DNA of 63,301 bases, filler included, from Octopus bimaculoides (GCF_001194135.2; 6 parts of 6 records of this genome joined end to end with filler, not necessarily neighbours in it), one strand, 5' to 3'. Shown: positions 38,309 through 51,955, numbered from the whole stretch's first letter. A program made the numbers and translations. Notes: generated by a model from the letters alone, not told the origin.

Positions 38309-39399
38309 TAGAAAGACAGACAGACAGACAGAATTCAGTTAGAGGCTATGTTAGCTTCCCTTCAAGAGGTTAACATCAGATGCCGGAAAGGGAATGCTAT
38401 GAACTGACATGCGATGGGTATCTCTTATTATGTTCATGTCATAGTACTGTTATTGGTTGTGACAATCGGGTAGCTGGCCGTAAAGTACGCAATAAAAGCA
38501 CTAAGCAGTGATGTGTACAAATATAAACTTCTTACCAGTTCAAATTCGCTTCGGGTATATTCGAACCCATAAGAAAGCCATTTACTGTAGTCTGTCATAA
38601 AGAAACTTTCTCGGTGTAGATAATTAGGGGTAAATTCACCAAATCAGTTCGAAGCATTCTGGAACCAGACTGACGGATACTTGCATTTTGGAGAGGTTAT
38701 CTCCATGAAAGATTATCACTCCATAATCTGTAAGTCTCTGTTCATATGTCGATATATGTGTGGATGTGTATAGTATGGTATATATATATATATATATNNN
38801 NNNNNNNNNNNNNNNNNNNNNNNNNNNNNNNNNNNNNNNNNNNNNNNNNNNNNNNNNNNNNNNNNNNNNNNNNNNNNNNNNNNNNNNNNNNNNNNNNNNN
38901 NNNNNNNNNNNNNNNNNNNNNNNNNNNNNNNNNNNNNNNNNNNNNNNNNNNNNNNNNNNNNNNNNNNNNNNNNNNNNNNNNNNNNNNNNNNNNNNNNNNN
39001 NNNNNNNNNNNNNNNNNNNNNNNNNNNNNNNNNNNNNNNNNNNNNNNNNNNNNNNNNNNNNNNNNNNNNNNNNNNNNNNNNNNNNNNNNNNNNNNNNNNN
39101 NNNNNNNNNNNNNNNNNNNNNNNNNNNNNNNNNNNNNNNNNNNNNNNNNNNNNNNNNNNNNNNNNNNNNNNNNNNNNNNNNNNNNNNNNNNNNNNNNNNN
39201 NNNNNNNNNNNNNNNNNNNNNNNNNNNNNNNNNNNNNNNNNNNNNNNNNNNNNNNNNNNNNNNNNNNNNNNNNNNNNNNNNNNNNNNNNNNNNNNNNNNN
39301 NNNNNNTATATATATATTTACATATACATATACATACATAAAATAAAAGAAGGAAAATGCACACAGTTTATATAGTTTAATATAATTTTTAATGCGAAG

Positions 39400-39850
39400 C
39401 TTTGCATAACGACCATGAAATCAATAGCTAAAACATGTGGATGTCCAAACTGTAGAACATGCCCCAACCAGCAGGAAGACTTGGTATTACTATTCAATCA
39501 AGGAGGAGTGTTCATAATTTAAAACCAACTTCACTTGTGTCACCGAGAATCTAATTTGTTATAAATTGTTCAGATTGTGGACATAACTATATAGGACTGA
39601 CAACAAACGCACTTAGGCGGGGAACCATCTTACATAATGAAACGATCCGTTTGCCACAGTACAGACAGATTCCTTTGAGTGAACACATAGAAAGATGTGC
39701 AGGTAATACCCAACCAAAGTTCACAGTTTTCCCCATCTACCAGTGCAAAGAAACAATTTCTGTACAACAACGTTTAAATAGAAAAACTTTCTTTATCGAA
39801 AAATACACAACACGCCTAAATATGAACGTATAACCAACTTTAATCTCAGT
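39400..39850 (+). mobile_element. Penelope-like element GIY-YIG endonuclease fragment
   Basis: KTCG.PNCRTCP..NFTCVTENL..C..CGHNYIGLT..LR..H..IR.PQYRQIPLSEHIERCAG..F..FP.YQ..RL..FFIEKY..LN. Confidence 0.85.
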
Positions 39851-40690
39851 CAGGGTTGCCAATTTAGCATATTTTAAGCTAGATCTAGCATTTGTTTTCA
39901 GCATTTAGCAGAAATTTTTTTAATGTAGCATTTAGCAGGGAAAATAGCATGTTTGAAATTTTATTCAGCATTTTTTAACAGTTTTCTCTGATCATGACAT
40001 TTCCATAATAGTTACCCTTTTGTCGTCGTTTTCCTCCTTTTCTACATTTCTTAAAGTACATTGCAGATATTGTAGATGTAATATCTTGGCAAAATATTAT
40101 CTTTTAGTAAGCCATTATGAAGCAAAGAAACACAACTCCACAGCAAACGATTCCTCTAACCAAATTTATTAAAACCAAAAATAATAAGACATCTATGTTT
40201 GAAGCAAATTTAGCAATGTTTATTTGTTGTCATTCATCATTTAATAGCTGTGATCACTTAATAGAGTTATGCAAGAATTATATGTCTGATAGTGATATTA
40301 TGTACAAAGTGAAGTTGCATCTTACAAAATGTGCAAATATTGTGAGAAATGTTCTAGCTCCATATTTTGATGGAGATTTGATTTCTAATATAGGAGCCTG
40401 TTATTAGATGAATCCAATGATATATCGATAAACAAGTTGTTAGGACACTCACAGAAAAGTGACACATACATCTCTCAGCATGGTACGTTTAGAAACATGT
40501 GATGCAGATGGCATTGTAGATGCCTTAAAATTGAAACAGCGAAAAAGAAATTAGATATTAAAAAAATACTGGCTATATGAACCGACAATGCTAGGAGTCA
40601 ACAATGGTGTTTTCCAGAAATTAAAAGAAGTTCCATCATTACTTCTATTCAGATGTGCATGTCATTCTTTACAGTTGGCAGTATCCCACA
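39851..40690 (+). mobile_element. hAT transposon left end plus decayed transposase
   Basis: Begins CAGGGTTGCCA; translated pieces H..FNSCDHL..KLHLTKC..V..VLAP, LDESNDIS, DADGIVDAL, TDNA..LGVNNGVFQKLK..L..RCACHSLQLAVS. Confidence 0.8.
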
Positions 40691-40836
40691 CTTTTTAGTA
40701 TACGAAAGGAAAACGAGGAAATAAAACAGAGAATAANNNNNNNNNNNNNNNNNNNNNNNNNNNNNNNNNNNNNNNNNNNNTTAATTAATTAANNNNNNNN
40801 NNNNNNNNNNNNNNNNNNNNNNNNNNNNNNNNNNNN

Positions 40837-40906
<70 letters not shown>

Positions 40907-40952
40907 CACATGTATGTATATATATATATGTATATATAAATATGTGTGTATA

Positions 40953-41768
40953 AGAGGGGTACCCAAAAGTAACCGGAAACGTTCTCTGTGGGAGAAGCCT
41001 GTTATAGTTCGGGATTCTGCTGCCAGACGCCACTTGATGTAACCCTCAGACATCAGTCTGCTGACCGGCGTTGTAAGATGAGGTCGAACTACCACGTGGT
41101 ACGTCTTTGTTTTGCTGTGCTTCTCCTTTGTTCATCGACTTTTGAGATGAGTGAAACCAAGAAACAGTGTGCTTCGTGAAATTCTGTTTTCAGCTGAGGA
41201 AAACGACGGCCGAAAAAGCTGTTATGCTTCAAACATCTTACAAGGACGCTGCCAAGAGCAAAACACAAGTTTACGAATAGTTTTCACGCTTTAGGAATGG
41301 TTACTTGTCGCTTGAAGACCAACCTCGTTCAGGGCCACCGTCGACCTCCCGAACGAATGAAAACGTGATGAAAATTCATGAACTGATCTTGGAGGACCAT
41401 CACTGAACAATTGACGAACTTGTTGATATGACTGGTATATCCTGGAGCTCCTGCCAACGAATTTTGAGTGAAGAATTGCAAATGAAAACAGTTGCAGCAA
41501 AATTTGTCAGTTACTACTGAATGCGTGTCATGAACTAAAAGAACAGTTGGAAGTTGATCCGGATCTTCTTTCGAAAGTCATCACTGGTGATGAAAGCTGA
41601 TACTAAGGAATTTGCAGATATGGAAGAGGTGAAGAAAAAATGACGCAAGCGTTAAAAGGCATCATTTCGCGTCTTTTAATATTTTGAAGGCGATATAAGT
41701 GTAAACAGGTAAATCAAAATGAATAAAATGTTATTGCAAAATTCCGGTTTCTTTTGGGTATCCTCTCG
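40953..41768 (+). mobile_element. Internally deleted mariner element with both TIRs and TA TSD
   Basis: TA|AGAGGGGTACCCAAAAGTAACCGGAA ... TTCCGGTTTCTTTTGGGTATCCTCTCG|TA; from 41147 MSETK..VKFCF..TQVYE*FSRF..LEDQPRSG.PSTS..VAAKFV..LLSKVITGDES. Confidence 0.92.
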
Positions 41769-43549
41769 TACATACATATATACCTATATCATAATGGAGA
41801 AAGCTGCTTATTAATTAGGTATTTAATAGTTACTAAAAGAAAGCAATTATTAAAGACTTCACCGTCTGGAAATTTTTTATAAATTCATGTTCCAAGAAAT
41901 TTCCTATAATTTCGATTTCTGAAGTTTATTGAATTTTTGAACTCCAATTTTTCGTAAATTTAAATATTCGTAGCATTTACCGCGGAGTATTTCGTTTTCA
42001 TTTGCAAAGTCTCTCACTCTCTATTTCAATGTTTTCATTTCAAGTTTTAATTCGCTATTTGCAAAACCCACAATTTATTCTATATACGTAATGTAAAAAC
42101 ATTTGTTGAATGAAAATTTTTTTATATACCGGTATAATTTTGGTAAAAAAAAAAGTTAAGTGATTTTGTTGTTATGCCTTACAATAATAACTATCTGGAC
42201 CAATATTGGTCATCTTTTTAAACTTAAAAACCATGCGAGGAGCTTTTTCGGTAAAAAAAAAAAATTGTATTTTCAGAGAAAAAGGTGAACAATTCAATGG
42301 AAGTTTGGCTGTTGTTTTTAGAACAATCCAAACCACCCACCGTCTTCACTCTCACAAGTATTGATGTTTTTTCAATATTTTTCTACATTTTTCATTTTCA
42401 TTTTATTTTATCTAGTTTCAGCTCATGAGCTGTGGCCATGCTGGGGCACCGCCATTTGGTGTTGCTACACAATTTTACTTCACGAATTTTACTTCAGGAA
42501 TTGACATTTGGTGCATGAGAGAGTTTGATGCAGCTGCTCTCATCTGCGCTAAACATATTTTATGGAATGATGATGCCGAAGTAACACACGCGTGGTCCAT
42601 TGGGGGAATATAAGCAACAACAAAATAAATTGTAATCTAAATTTTTACCCCCACCTCAATCAAGCGAAGCCGTGTGTGTGCGTAAGAAAAAACATTTTCT
42701 ATCAGAAAAGTATGCTATTAAAATGAATTATTGTTTACATAACCCTTTTCAAAAATCACTGTGGATAAATGCCAGCAATGACCTTATCAGGCTCTCCAGT
42801 ATTTAAACTCATAAACAGAAACAATCAGGGGCAGGGAGTGGGCTTGCAAAAAAATCAATATCTTTTTCAAATTTTTATTGCATGATGGGAAGAAAATATT
42901 GAAAAACACCAATACATGAAAGAATGATTAAGAAATGAGGTGGGTTAATTGGGATGTGCTAGAAAAGACAGCCAAATCTCCCTTAATTAATTCACTTTTC
43001 CCTCTGAAAATATTAACTATTTAAAAAATTTTCTACCGAAAAGACTCCTTCCATGGTTTTGAAGAGTAAAAGAAAAAAAAAATATTGGCCAAAATAGGCC
43101 CGGAGTGGGATGATGAGGGAGGGTGTAAAAAACATTTTTCAAAACTTTTTTTCATACAAAGATGAACCCCTATCCCATCATTTCGATGGCTGTAGGTTAA
43201 AAGAAAAAATGGGGAAAATCCTCGTCNNNNNNNNNNNNNNNNNNNNNNNNNNNNNNNNNNNNNNNNNNNNNNNNNNNNNNNNNNNNNNNNNNNNNNNNNN
43301 NNNNNNNNNNNNNNNNNNNNNNNNNNNNNNNNNNNNNNNNNNNNNNNNNNNNNNNNNNNNNNNNNNNNNNNNNNNNNNNNNNNNNNNNNNNNNNNNNNNN
43401 NNNNNNNNNNNNNNNNNNNNNNNNNNNNNNNNNNNNNNNNNNNNNNNNNNNNNNNNNNNNNNNNNNNNNNNNNNNNNNNNNNNNNNNNNNNNNNNNNNNN
43501 NNNTATACTATATAGATTTGATGTCTATCTATCTATCTACCTATTTCTC

Positions 43550-43622
<73 letters not shown>

Positions 43623-43934
43623 TTGTAAATTTCTTTATTTGAATTTTGTTCATTAAGCACCATTGCTTTTTTTTATCGTTTAATCTCATTCATCGCATTG
43701 AGTTTTAGTTAGTTATTTTTTTACGGTGCTGGTCTTGCTGTTACAAGCATCATATGTAATTATGGTTTTTGAATCTCTCGTTACGTTGATTGTAATTTTA
43801 ATTGGTTTATTGTTTAATTAACACTAATGTGAAGTGCTTTTTTAGTTTTATTTAATTCTGTTTTAGTAGTCACGATTTAATAGGTTTAATAAGCGATTGC
43901 TTAAATCTGTTTATTTCTTATGCTAGTTTTTTTT

Positions 43935-44305
43935 TTTACTTGTTTAAGTCATTGGACTGCGGCCATGCTGGGGCACCGCTTTGAAGGGTTTAGTCGAGCA
44001 AAACGACCCCCAGTACTTACTTATCTAAAATCTGGAACTTATTCTAACGGAGTCTTTTGCCGAAACGCCAAGTTACCAACACCGGTTGTTAAGCAGCAAA
44101 GGGTGTGGGGAACAAACACAAAGACACACGCCCATACACACATATGACGGGTTTTCATACAGTTTCCGTCTAGCAATTTCACTCAAAAGGCAGTAGTCAG
44201 CCCGAGACTATAGTAGAAGACACTTGCCCAAAGTGCCGAACAGTGGGGCTGAACCCGAATCCACGTGACTGCAAATCGATCTTCTTAACTACACAGCCAT
44301 GCCTG
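43935..44305 (-). mobile_element. SINE family A
   Basis: GACTGCGGCCATGCTGGGGCACCGC tail, CAGTTTCCGTCTA core, CACACAGCCATGCCTG head. Confidence 0.88.
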
Positions 44306-44339
44306 TGTCTATGTTTATAATGTTTGTTCATCCTTTCAA

Positions 44340-44620
44340 TTTTATTTATCATGGTGTACCTTTGGTTTAAATCTTGTTGGATTCCAGATAGGTTATATAC
44401 ATTAATATTTTACACTGTTGTTGATTTGGTACCTGTATCATATAGGGTCTCTGTCCTAAAGCACGCACACGTATGTGGTGATATTTTACTTTTTTCGTTA
44501 CGTCTTGTAATTGTAGACTGCATTTAAATATTTCTTTGAGCTGTGGACACCGTTAGATTGAACGGTGCTGCTTGGTATCGAAACCATGATTTCTAATTGA
44601 ACAGCTGTTAGTGGGAGGCT
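44340..44620 (-). mobile_element. Possible highly decayed Penelope-like GIY-YIG fragment
   Basis: Weak resemblance only (CP..K..C, ..QRYT..); many stops. Confidence 0.25.
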
Positions 44621-45076
44621 TATATCTAATTAGATCAAATTGCTGTTATTGTAATGTTTATGTAGTTGTTAAAACTTTCCCTCTTTGGTTCATTCTTCAG
44701 GGTATTTTGTGTTGTTTAGTATATCGATGTCATCCCCAAGTATGTCCTAGCTATTTAGGATTTATCTATTGTCTAGCATAGGAGTCAGTCTAGTTTAATT
44801 GTTTCTATTGTGTTATATTCATGTTTCGGCTTATAGGCATCTTATGTTTAATTAGAGATTTTAGTTTGTTATTAGAACCGGTTTATCAGAAATTTCGTAG
44901 TATACAAGAGTTACTGGGTTAGCTAGTAATCATGTTATGGTAGATATGTCACACACATACGCGCGCACACACACACACACGTGTGCGCACATACAGACAC
45001 ATATAATGTCTTATACGTAGATACTAGTTACAATATTAGATATAAACAAACTGTTATTTACTAATTATAACTTTGC

Positions 45077-45114
<38 letters not shown>

Positions 45115-45214
45115 NNNNNNNNNNNNNNNNNNNNNNNNNNNNNNNNNNNNNNNNNNNNTTAATTAATTAANNNNNNNNNNNNNNNNNNNNNNNNNNNNNN
45201 NNNNNNNNNNNNNN

Positions 45215-45248
<34 letters not shown>

Positions 45249-46499
45249 GTGTGTGGAGAGACAGACAGACAGACAAATAGGCAGACATACAGAGACAGAA
45301 AGAGAGAGAGAGTGAACAGAAGAAATCGGGAGGTTCTAAATACAGAAAACTCTTAGTAGTTCTCAAATGATTTGAACTTACACTCCAAGTCCGCAGAGTA
45401 AAGAACGGCTATGAGAGGAATCCAGGTGAGCATGTAAGAAGATATTGATACAAATAGACAAATAAAACTGCTTAGGTTAAATATACAAAATATATATACA
45501 TGTATACATGTAAATAGAGAGAAAGCAAAGACTGAAAATTTTCCGACGATGAATATTTATGTATGACCATATAGATATTTACATATCAGCAGATGAAACT
45601 TACACAGAATGCAAAGACACAGAAACTCAAATGGGAGAAGGTATAATGATACGAGTCCGACAGCTGTTTCTAGGTGTTGGAGTTGCTTCTTAATATTGGC
45701 AGATGTAGTTCACAAAAAATATACAAGCAGTAAAAGTTATGGAAGCAAATTAACATAGGATAAATCCTGCCTCCGTCTTAGGTGTGGAGAGATAAAAATC
45801 TAAGATTTCAAATCATAATGCAGAGAAATTTAATGTAGAATGGGTGAAGAGAAAGGCAAGCTGCAGTGGAGGGAGGAAGTGGGTAGCTCGATGGGGTGAG
45901 TGTTGAAGTAAGGAAAGGTAAGAAGAAATAAGAAAGGCAGTTCAGGAAGACGGAGGGGTGAGCAATCAAAGTATTGAGAGTATAATAGAAATGGAGAGTT
46001 GGGAGGTAAGTGGGATGNNNNNNNNNNNNNNNNNNNNNNNNNNNNNNNNNNNNNNNNNNNNNNNNNNNNNNNNNNNNNNNNNNNNNNNNNNNNNNNNNNN
46101 NNNNNNNNNNNNNNNNNNNNNNNNNNNNNNNNNNNNNNNNNNNNNNNNNNNNNGATGGGTGGGATGGGTAATATTTGAAAGGTGGTCGTTGCTGATGGGT
46201 TTGAGAATAGATGTTAAAATTAAGGGTGGTGGGGCTATAGGACTACAGAATTTAAGATTTTGAGACCCTACAGTCTATCTCGCCGAACCCCACCGCAGCC
46301 CACCTAGCTGTAATAATACAACCTTTAAAAATCCTGCCCGACTCAATAATACCAACCTTAATGCTACTTCTCTTAATACTACCGATATGACCAGCGGTGA
46401 TACCCCCTCCCAATCCAACACTGGTATTGATAATGCCTCTCGTTCTTCTTTACTGGTAACAGATCTTCCCAGCGGTGAATTCCAACCCCAGTGCAGTCA

Positions 46500-46900
46500 T
46501 GAAAACTTACAACTTCTGAGTGTCTCAACTCTGCCCTCGTGGAGGTTTCTGTCTAATCAAAATTGTCTACAAATGCTGGGTAGTAACACCACGCTCCCAC
46601 CAACCAATGATCAACATTGGTGGTACTGTCGATTTCAAGTGCCACTACCGAGCATACAGAAACCCTTTCTCCAATCCAACTTCTAAGTTATCTACCTCTT
46701 TAGCAACTTATATACACAATTTCAAATTCGAACTCGTTTCCTATGCAATATCCTGATCCATTGTCAGTGAGGATCCCCCAGCGTTTGTAAACTATGATTA
46801 AAGGAATTTTTCACCAGCCTTGGCAACCACAACCCCTCATTATTAAATAGATTCTCAGATGTAATCTTCTCATGTAAACACAGATTGTAATCATCATTAT
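46500..46900 (+). mobile_element. Penelope-like element GIY-YIG C-terminal fragment (different subfamily from 39400)
   Basis: CPRGGFCL..IVYKC.V..IGGT.DFK..Y..Y.N.FSNP..K.STSLATYIHN.K..Y.IS*SIV, then LLNRFSD..SCKH. Confidence 0.75.
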
Positions 46901-47329
46901 GTTAAATCTATGTAATTCCTTAATTACCATTAACTTTGATCACGATTAACCTTAAGTTACAACTTAGTCGCACTAACAACACATCCCTTCCACTTATTCC
47001 TCTCCCTCTACTATACATTCCTTCTTATGGTTATCTTTTCACATTCCTCTACCCAGCACATCCTGATCACCCCTTACATCCACCTCATATATTACGTATG
47101 ATCGAAAACGTACATGTTAAGTGCTTTATAAATACCATTATTTCCTTTTATTTCTTTATTATAAATTATATGACTCGATGCAACACAAATGAGCCTACCT
47201 TGACTCCTATTGCGCGTATACTCTAACAAGAATTGAGAGTGGTTATTCGAACTGGGCTTGAGTTGAATGTATGTACTGCAGCTTAAATGCAGCTTGTTAA
47301 CCGAAGACCATTAATTCATATTTATCCTC

Positions 47330-47690
47330 GTATAGTTGCATATTGTATTTTCCCGTCCATTAGATAACAGCAGGTATATCCAATTTAGGGTATATCCTAC
47401 CATGTCGACGGCTTTCAGAAGCTTACAATGATGTAAGCAATGAAAAGGAGTGGGCCCAATACAATACCGCGCGGGACTCTCATAATGACTCTTGCTGGGC
47501 CACATCGAAAATCATCGATCACCACATGCTGCTTTCTGTTCACCAGAAAACATTTAATCCACTTTAATAGTTTCCCTCGGATTCCTATGTCGGATAGTTT
47601 CTTTAATAAGGATTCTGAGATCACTTTATCGAAGGCCTTGCTGAAGTCAGATTATATGATATCTGCATTTGAACCCCCTCTCTCTCTGAG
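47330..47690 (-). mobile_element. CR1-like LINE RT fragment
   Basis: ADIIYSDFSKAFDKV..LLKKL..GIRGKLLKWIKCFL.NRKQ.V..VPRG.VLGPLLFI.YI. Confidence 0.9.
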
Positions 47691-48144
47691 TCTTTAAGAT
47701 GTCATCCAAATGATGCAGGAGCTGTATTAGGTAGTCACTGCTATTTCAGAAATCATTCAGGCTGGGAATAAGTTAGGTGTTAATTTCAGAAAGTAAGTTA
47801 TTTGACATTTCAGTAAGTACACTCTCAAGCTATTTGATGATATGCCAGATGCAGAAATGGTTCAAACTTGGCAAGGGTTTTATACGAACCCTGAAGACAT
47901 GATATGAAACTGCCTTGCTGAGGGTTCGCGGAATCAAACCGAAATGCATAAAATAACTTACGTAAAAATAATATCTTGCATCAAACCATCTGTTGCAATG
48001 GTTGAGATTTCTTTTGTATAGGGCTATTTCTGATATATATACATATNNNNNNNNNNNNNNNNNNNNNNNNNNNNNNNNNNNNNNNNNNNNNNNNNNNNNN
48101 NNNNNNNNNNNNNNNNNNNNNNNNNNNNNNNNNNNNNTATATAT

Positions 48145-48193
<49 letters not shown>

Positions 48194-48764
48194 AGTTGTA
48201 ATTTTAAATTTGGGTATACGCCTTGTAGTATGCCTTTTAAAGCCAGTTCGCTGTATTCGGCTACCCGGTGTCATCAACAGTACGGGTTTAAATGGCACTG
48301 GATTTACTTCTGGAATTCCTTCGTGTCTGTAGAGGTTATAGCATATGAAAGAAAGAGAAAGAAAATGGAATTCGTGACATTCTTTATTAATAATCACTGC
48401 GATCGTTTCGACCCATCGTGCATCGGTCCCTCGCGGGTCGGATCCTGCACAAATGATTTTGGTGCATCATTCGTCGCAGATGTGCGTTATCAGGTTAACT
48501 GTCAAATATAACTCATACTTCAATCTTAGTTTCTCTTATTTCGATTAGAATTCATTCTGGCAGTTATCTGTAGCTACTTGCATACACGAAAAAGCTTGAG
48601 TTAAAATGAAGAACAATTCTCTTATGAGTAATCAATTTACTTACAAAGAATAAAAAAAAAAAATAAGTATAAAATAAACAAGTGAATCAAATAATATGCT
48701 TTACACTGATAATGAAATACGTTAACTAAAATCATATATACATATACATATATATATACTCTTT

Positions 48765-49153
48765 ACTCTCTTTTTCTTGTTTCAGTCATTTGACTGTGGC
48801 CATGCTGGAGCACCACCTTTAGTCGAGCAAATCGACTCCAGGACTTATTCTTTGGATGCCTAGTACTTATTCTATCGGTCTCTTTTGCCGGACCGCTATG
48901 TTACGGGGACGTAAACACACAAGCATCGGTTGTCAAGCGATGTTGGGAGGACAAACACAGACACACACATACATATATATATATATACATATATACGACG
49001 GGCTTCATTCAGTTTCCGTCTACCAAATCCACTCACAAGGCTTCGGTCGGCCCGAGGCTATAGTAGAAGACACTTACCCAATGTGCCACGCAGTGGGAAT
49101 GAACCCGGAACAATATGGTTGATAGGCAAGCTACTTACCACACAGCCACTCCT
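48765..49153 (-). mobile_element. SINE family A, near full length
   Basis: Collinear with 24662-25040. Confidence 0.92.
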
Positions 49154-49171
49154 ACATATACATACATATAT

Positions 49172-49216
<45 letters not shown>

Positions 49217-50156
49217 GAGAGAGAGAGAGAGAGAGGGGGGGAAAGATACTCATCTAAAAATATAAGGACACACACACACACATATATATACACGCGTACA
49301 CGCATTCATACACATAAACATATTGGTATATTGAGAGANNNNNNNNNNNNNNNNNNNNNNNNNNNNNNNNNNNNNNNNNNNNNNNNNNNNNNNNNNNNNN
49401 NNNNNNNNNNNNNNNNNNNNNNNNNNNNNNNNNNNNNNNNNNNNNNNNNNNNNNNNNNNNNNNNNNNNNNNNNNNNNNNNNNNNNNNNNNNNNNNNNNNN
49501 NNNNNNNNNNNNNNNNNNNNNNNNNNNNNNNNNNNNNNNNNNNNNNNNNNNNNNNNNNNNNNNNNNNNNNNNNNNNNNNNNNNNNNNNNNNNNNNNNNNN
49601 NNNNNNNNNNNNNNNNNNNNNNNNNNNNNNNNNNNNNNNNNNNNNNNNNNNNNNNNNNNNNNNNNNNNNNNNNNNNNNNNNNNNNNNNNNNNNNNNNNNN
49701 NNNNNNNNNNNNNNNNNNNNNNNNNNNNNNNNNNNNNNNNNNNNNNNNNNNNNNNNNNNNNNNNNNNNNNNNNNNNNNNNNNNNNNNNNNNNNNNNNNNN
49801 NNNNNNNNNNNNNNNNNNNNNNNNNNNNNNNNNNNNNNNNNNNNNNNNNNNNNNNNNNNNNNNNNNNNNNNNNNNNNNNNNNNNNNNNNNNNNNNNNNNN
49901 NNNNNNNNNNNNNNNNNNNNNNNNNNNNNNNNNNNNNNNNNNNNNNNNNNNNNNNNNNNNNNNNNNNNNNNNNNNNNNNNNNNNNNNNNNNNNNNNNNNN
50001 NNNNNNNNNNNNNNNNNNNNNNNNNNNNNNNNNNNNNNNNNNNNNNNNNNNNNNNNNNNNNNNNNNNNNNNNNNNNNNNNNNNNNNNNNNNNNNNNNNNN
50101 NNNNNNNNNNNNNNNNNNNNNNNNNNNNNNNNNNNNNNNNNNNNNNNNNNNNNNNN

Positions 50157-50510
50157 GGTGGTGGTGGTGGAGGTTGTTTTGGTGGCGGTGGTGGTGATGG
50201 TGGTGGTTGTGGTGGTGGTGGTGGTCATCGCCGTCGTCATCGTGTTCGTGGTGGTGGTGGTGGTCGTCGTCGTAGTCGTCGTCGTCGTCCTAGTTGCGGC
50301 CGTGGTCAAGGTTGTTACGATATATGTTATATACCAGACAGTTTGTCGACAAGATATACCACCGTCTTCTTATTATTATTATCATCATTATGGTTGTTGT
50401 TGTTGTTGCTGATGATGTGATTGTTGTTGTTATAAGTGGATTTTGATGTTGTTGCTATCGTTTATGTTGCGTTGGCCTGTTGTCGCATGTGTTGTTGCTG
50501 TTGTTGTTCT
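50157..50510. repeat. Cryptic (GGT)/(CGT)/(TGT) low-complexity tract
   Basis: Visible degenerate triplet runs. Confidence 0.85.
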
Positions 50511-50647
50511 CGTCTTAGTAGTTGTCGGTGTCGGCGGCCGGTGCGTGTGGTGTGGTGTTTCGCGTGATGACGGTGAAGTGCGTCAGTTTGCTGAATGCTG
50601 AGTGAATACGTGAAGGATAGCACCGAACGGTGTGTGTTTGTGTGCGC

Positions 50648-50697
<50 letters not shown>

Positions 50698-50806
50698 TAT
50701 ATATATACACATATAGAAACACATACATTCACACACACACAAACACATACACACACATAATAAGAGAGAGAGGAAGATAGAAACATACATGCATACATAC
50801 GTACAT

Positions 50807-50857
<51 letters not shown>

Positions 50858-50941
50858 TCTATATATATACATATATATGTATATATATATATATAAATAC
50901 ATATACACACACTCACACACACATATATATATATATACATA

Positions 50942-51016
<75 letters not shown>

Positions 51017-51909
51017 NNNNNNNNNNNNNNNNNNNNNNNNNNNNNNNNNNNNNNNNNNNNNNNNNNNNNNNNNNNNNNNNNNNNNNNNNNNNNNNNNNNN
51101 NNNNNNNNNNNNNNNNNNNNNNNNNNNNNNNNNNNNNNNNNNNNNNNNNNNNNNNNNNNNNNNNNNNNNNNNNNNNNNNNNNNNNNNNNNNNNNNNNNNN
51201 NNNNNNNNNNNNNNNNNNNNNNNNNNNNNNNNNNNNNNNNNNNNNNNNNNNNNNNNNNNNNNNNNNNNNNNNNNNNNNNNNNNNNNNNNNNNNNNNNNNN
51301 NNNNNNNNNNNNNNNNNNNNNNNNNNNNNNNNNNNNNNNNNNNNNNNNNNNNNNNNNNNNNNNNNNNNNNNNNNNNNNNNNNNNNNNNNNNNNNNNNNNN
51401 NNNNNNNNNNNNNNNNNNNNNNNNNNNNNNNNNNNNNNNNNNNNNNNNNNNNNNNNNNNNNNNNNNNNNNNNNNNNNNNNNNNNNNNNNNNNNNNNNNNN
51501 NNNNNNNNNNNNNNNNNNNNNNNNNNNNNNNNNNNNNNNNNNNNNNNNNNNNNNNNNNNNNNNNNNNNNNNNNNNNNNNNNNNNNNNNNNNNNNNNNNNN
51601 NNNNNNNNNNNNNNNNNNNNNNNNNNNNNNNNNNNNNNNNNNNNNNNNNNNNNNNNNNNNNNNNNNNNNNNNNNNNNNNNNNNNNNNNNNNNNNNNNNNN
51701 NNNNNNNNNNNNNNNNNNNNNNNNNNNNNNNNNNNNNNNNNNNNNNNNNNNNNNNNNNNNNNNNNNNNNNNNNNNNNNNNNNNNNNNNNNNNNNNNNNNN
51801 NNNNNNNNNNNNNNNNNNNNNNNNNNNNNNNNNNNNNNNNNNNNNNNNNNNNNNNNNNNNNNNNNNNNNNNNNNNNNNNNNNNNNNNNNNNNNNNNNNNN
51901 NNNNNNNNN

Positions 51910-51955
<46 letters not shown>

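Noticed and set aside
38629-38730. Possible exon ending at CT|GTAAGT (..NQFEAFWNQTDGYLHFGEV..)
   Set aside because: Poor acceptor and no recognisable protein.
44871-44890. CTGAT-AAACCGGTT on the minus strand as a hammerhead
   Set aside because: The catalytic box and stem II are collapsed and stem I does not pair; too little left to support.
47090-47120. GAAAACGTACATGT after the PLE fragment as a hammerhead
   Set aside because: No CUGANGA box.
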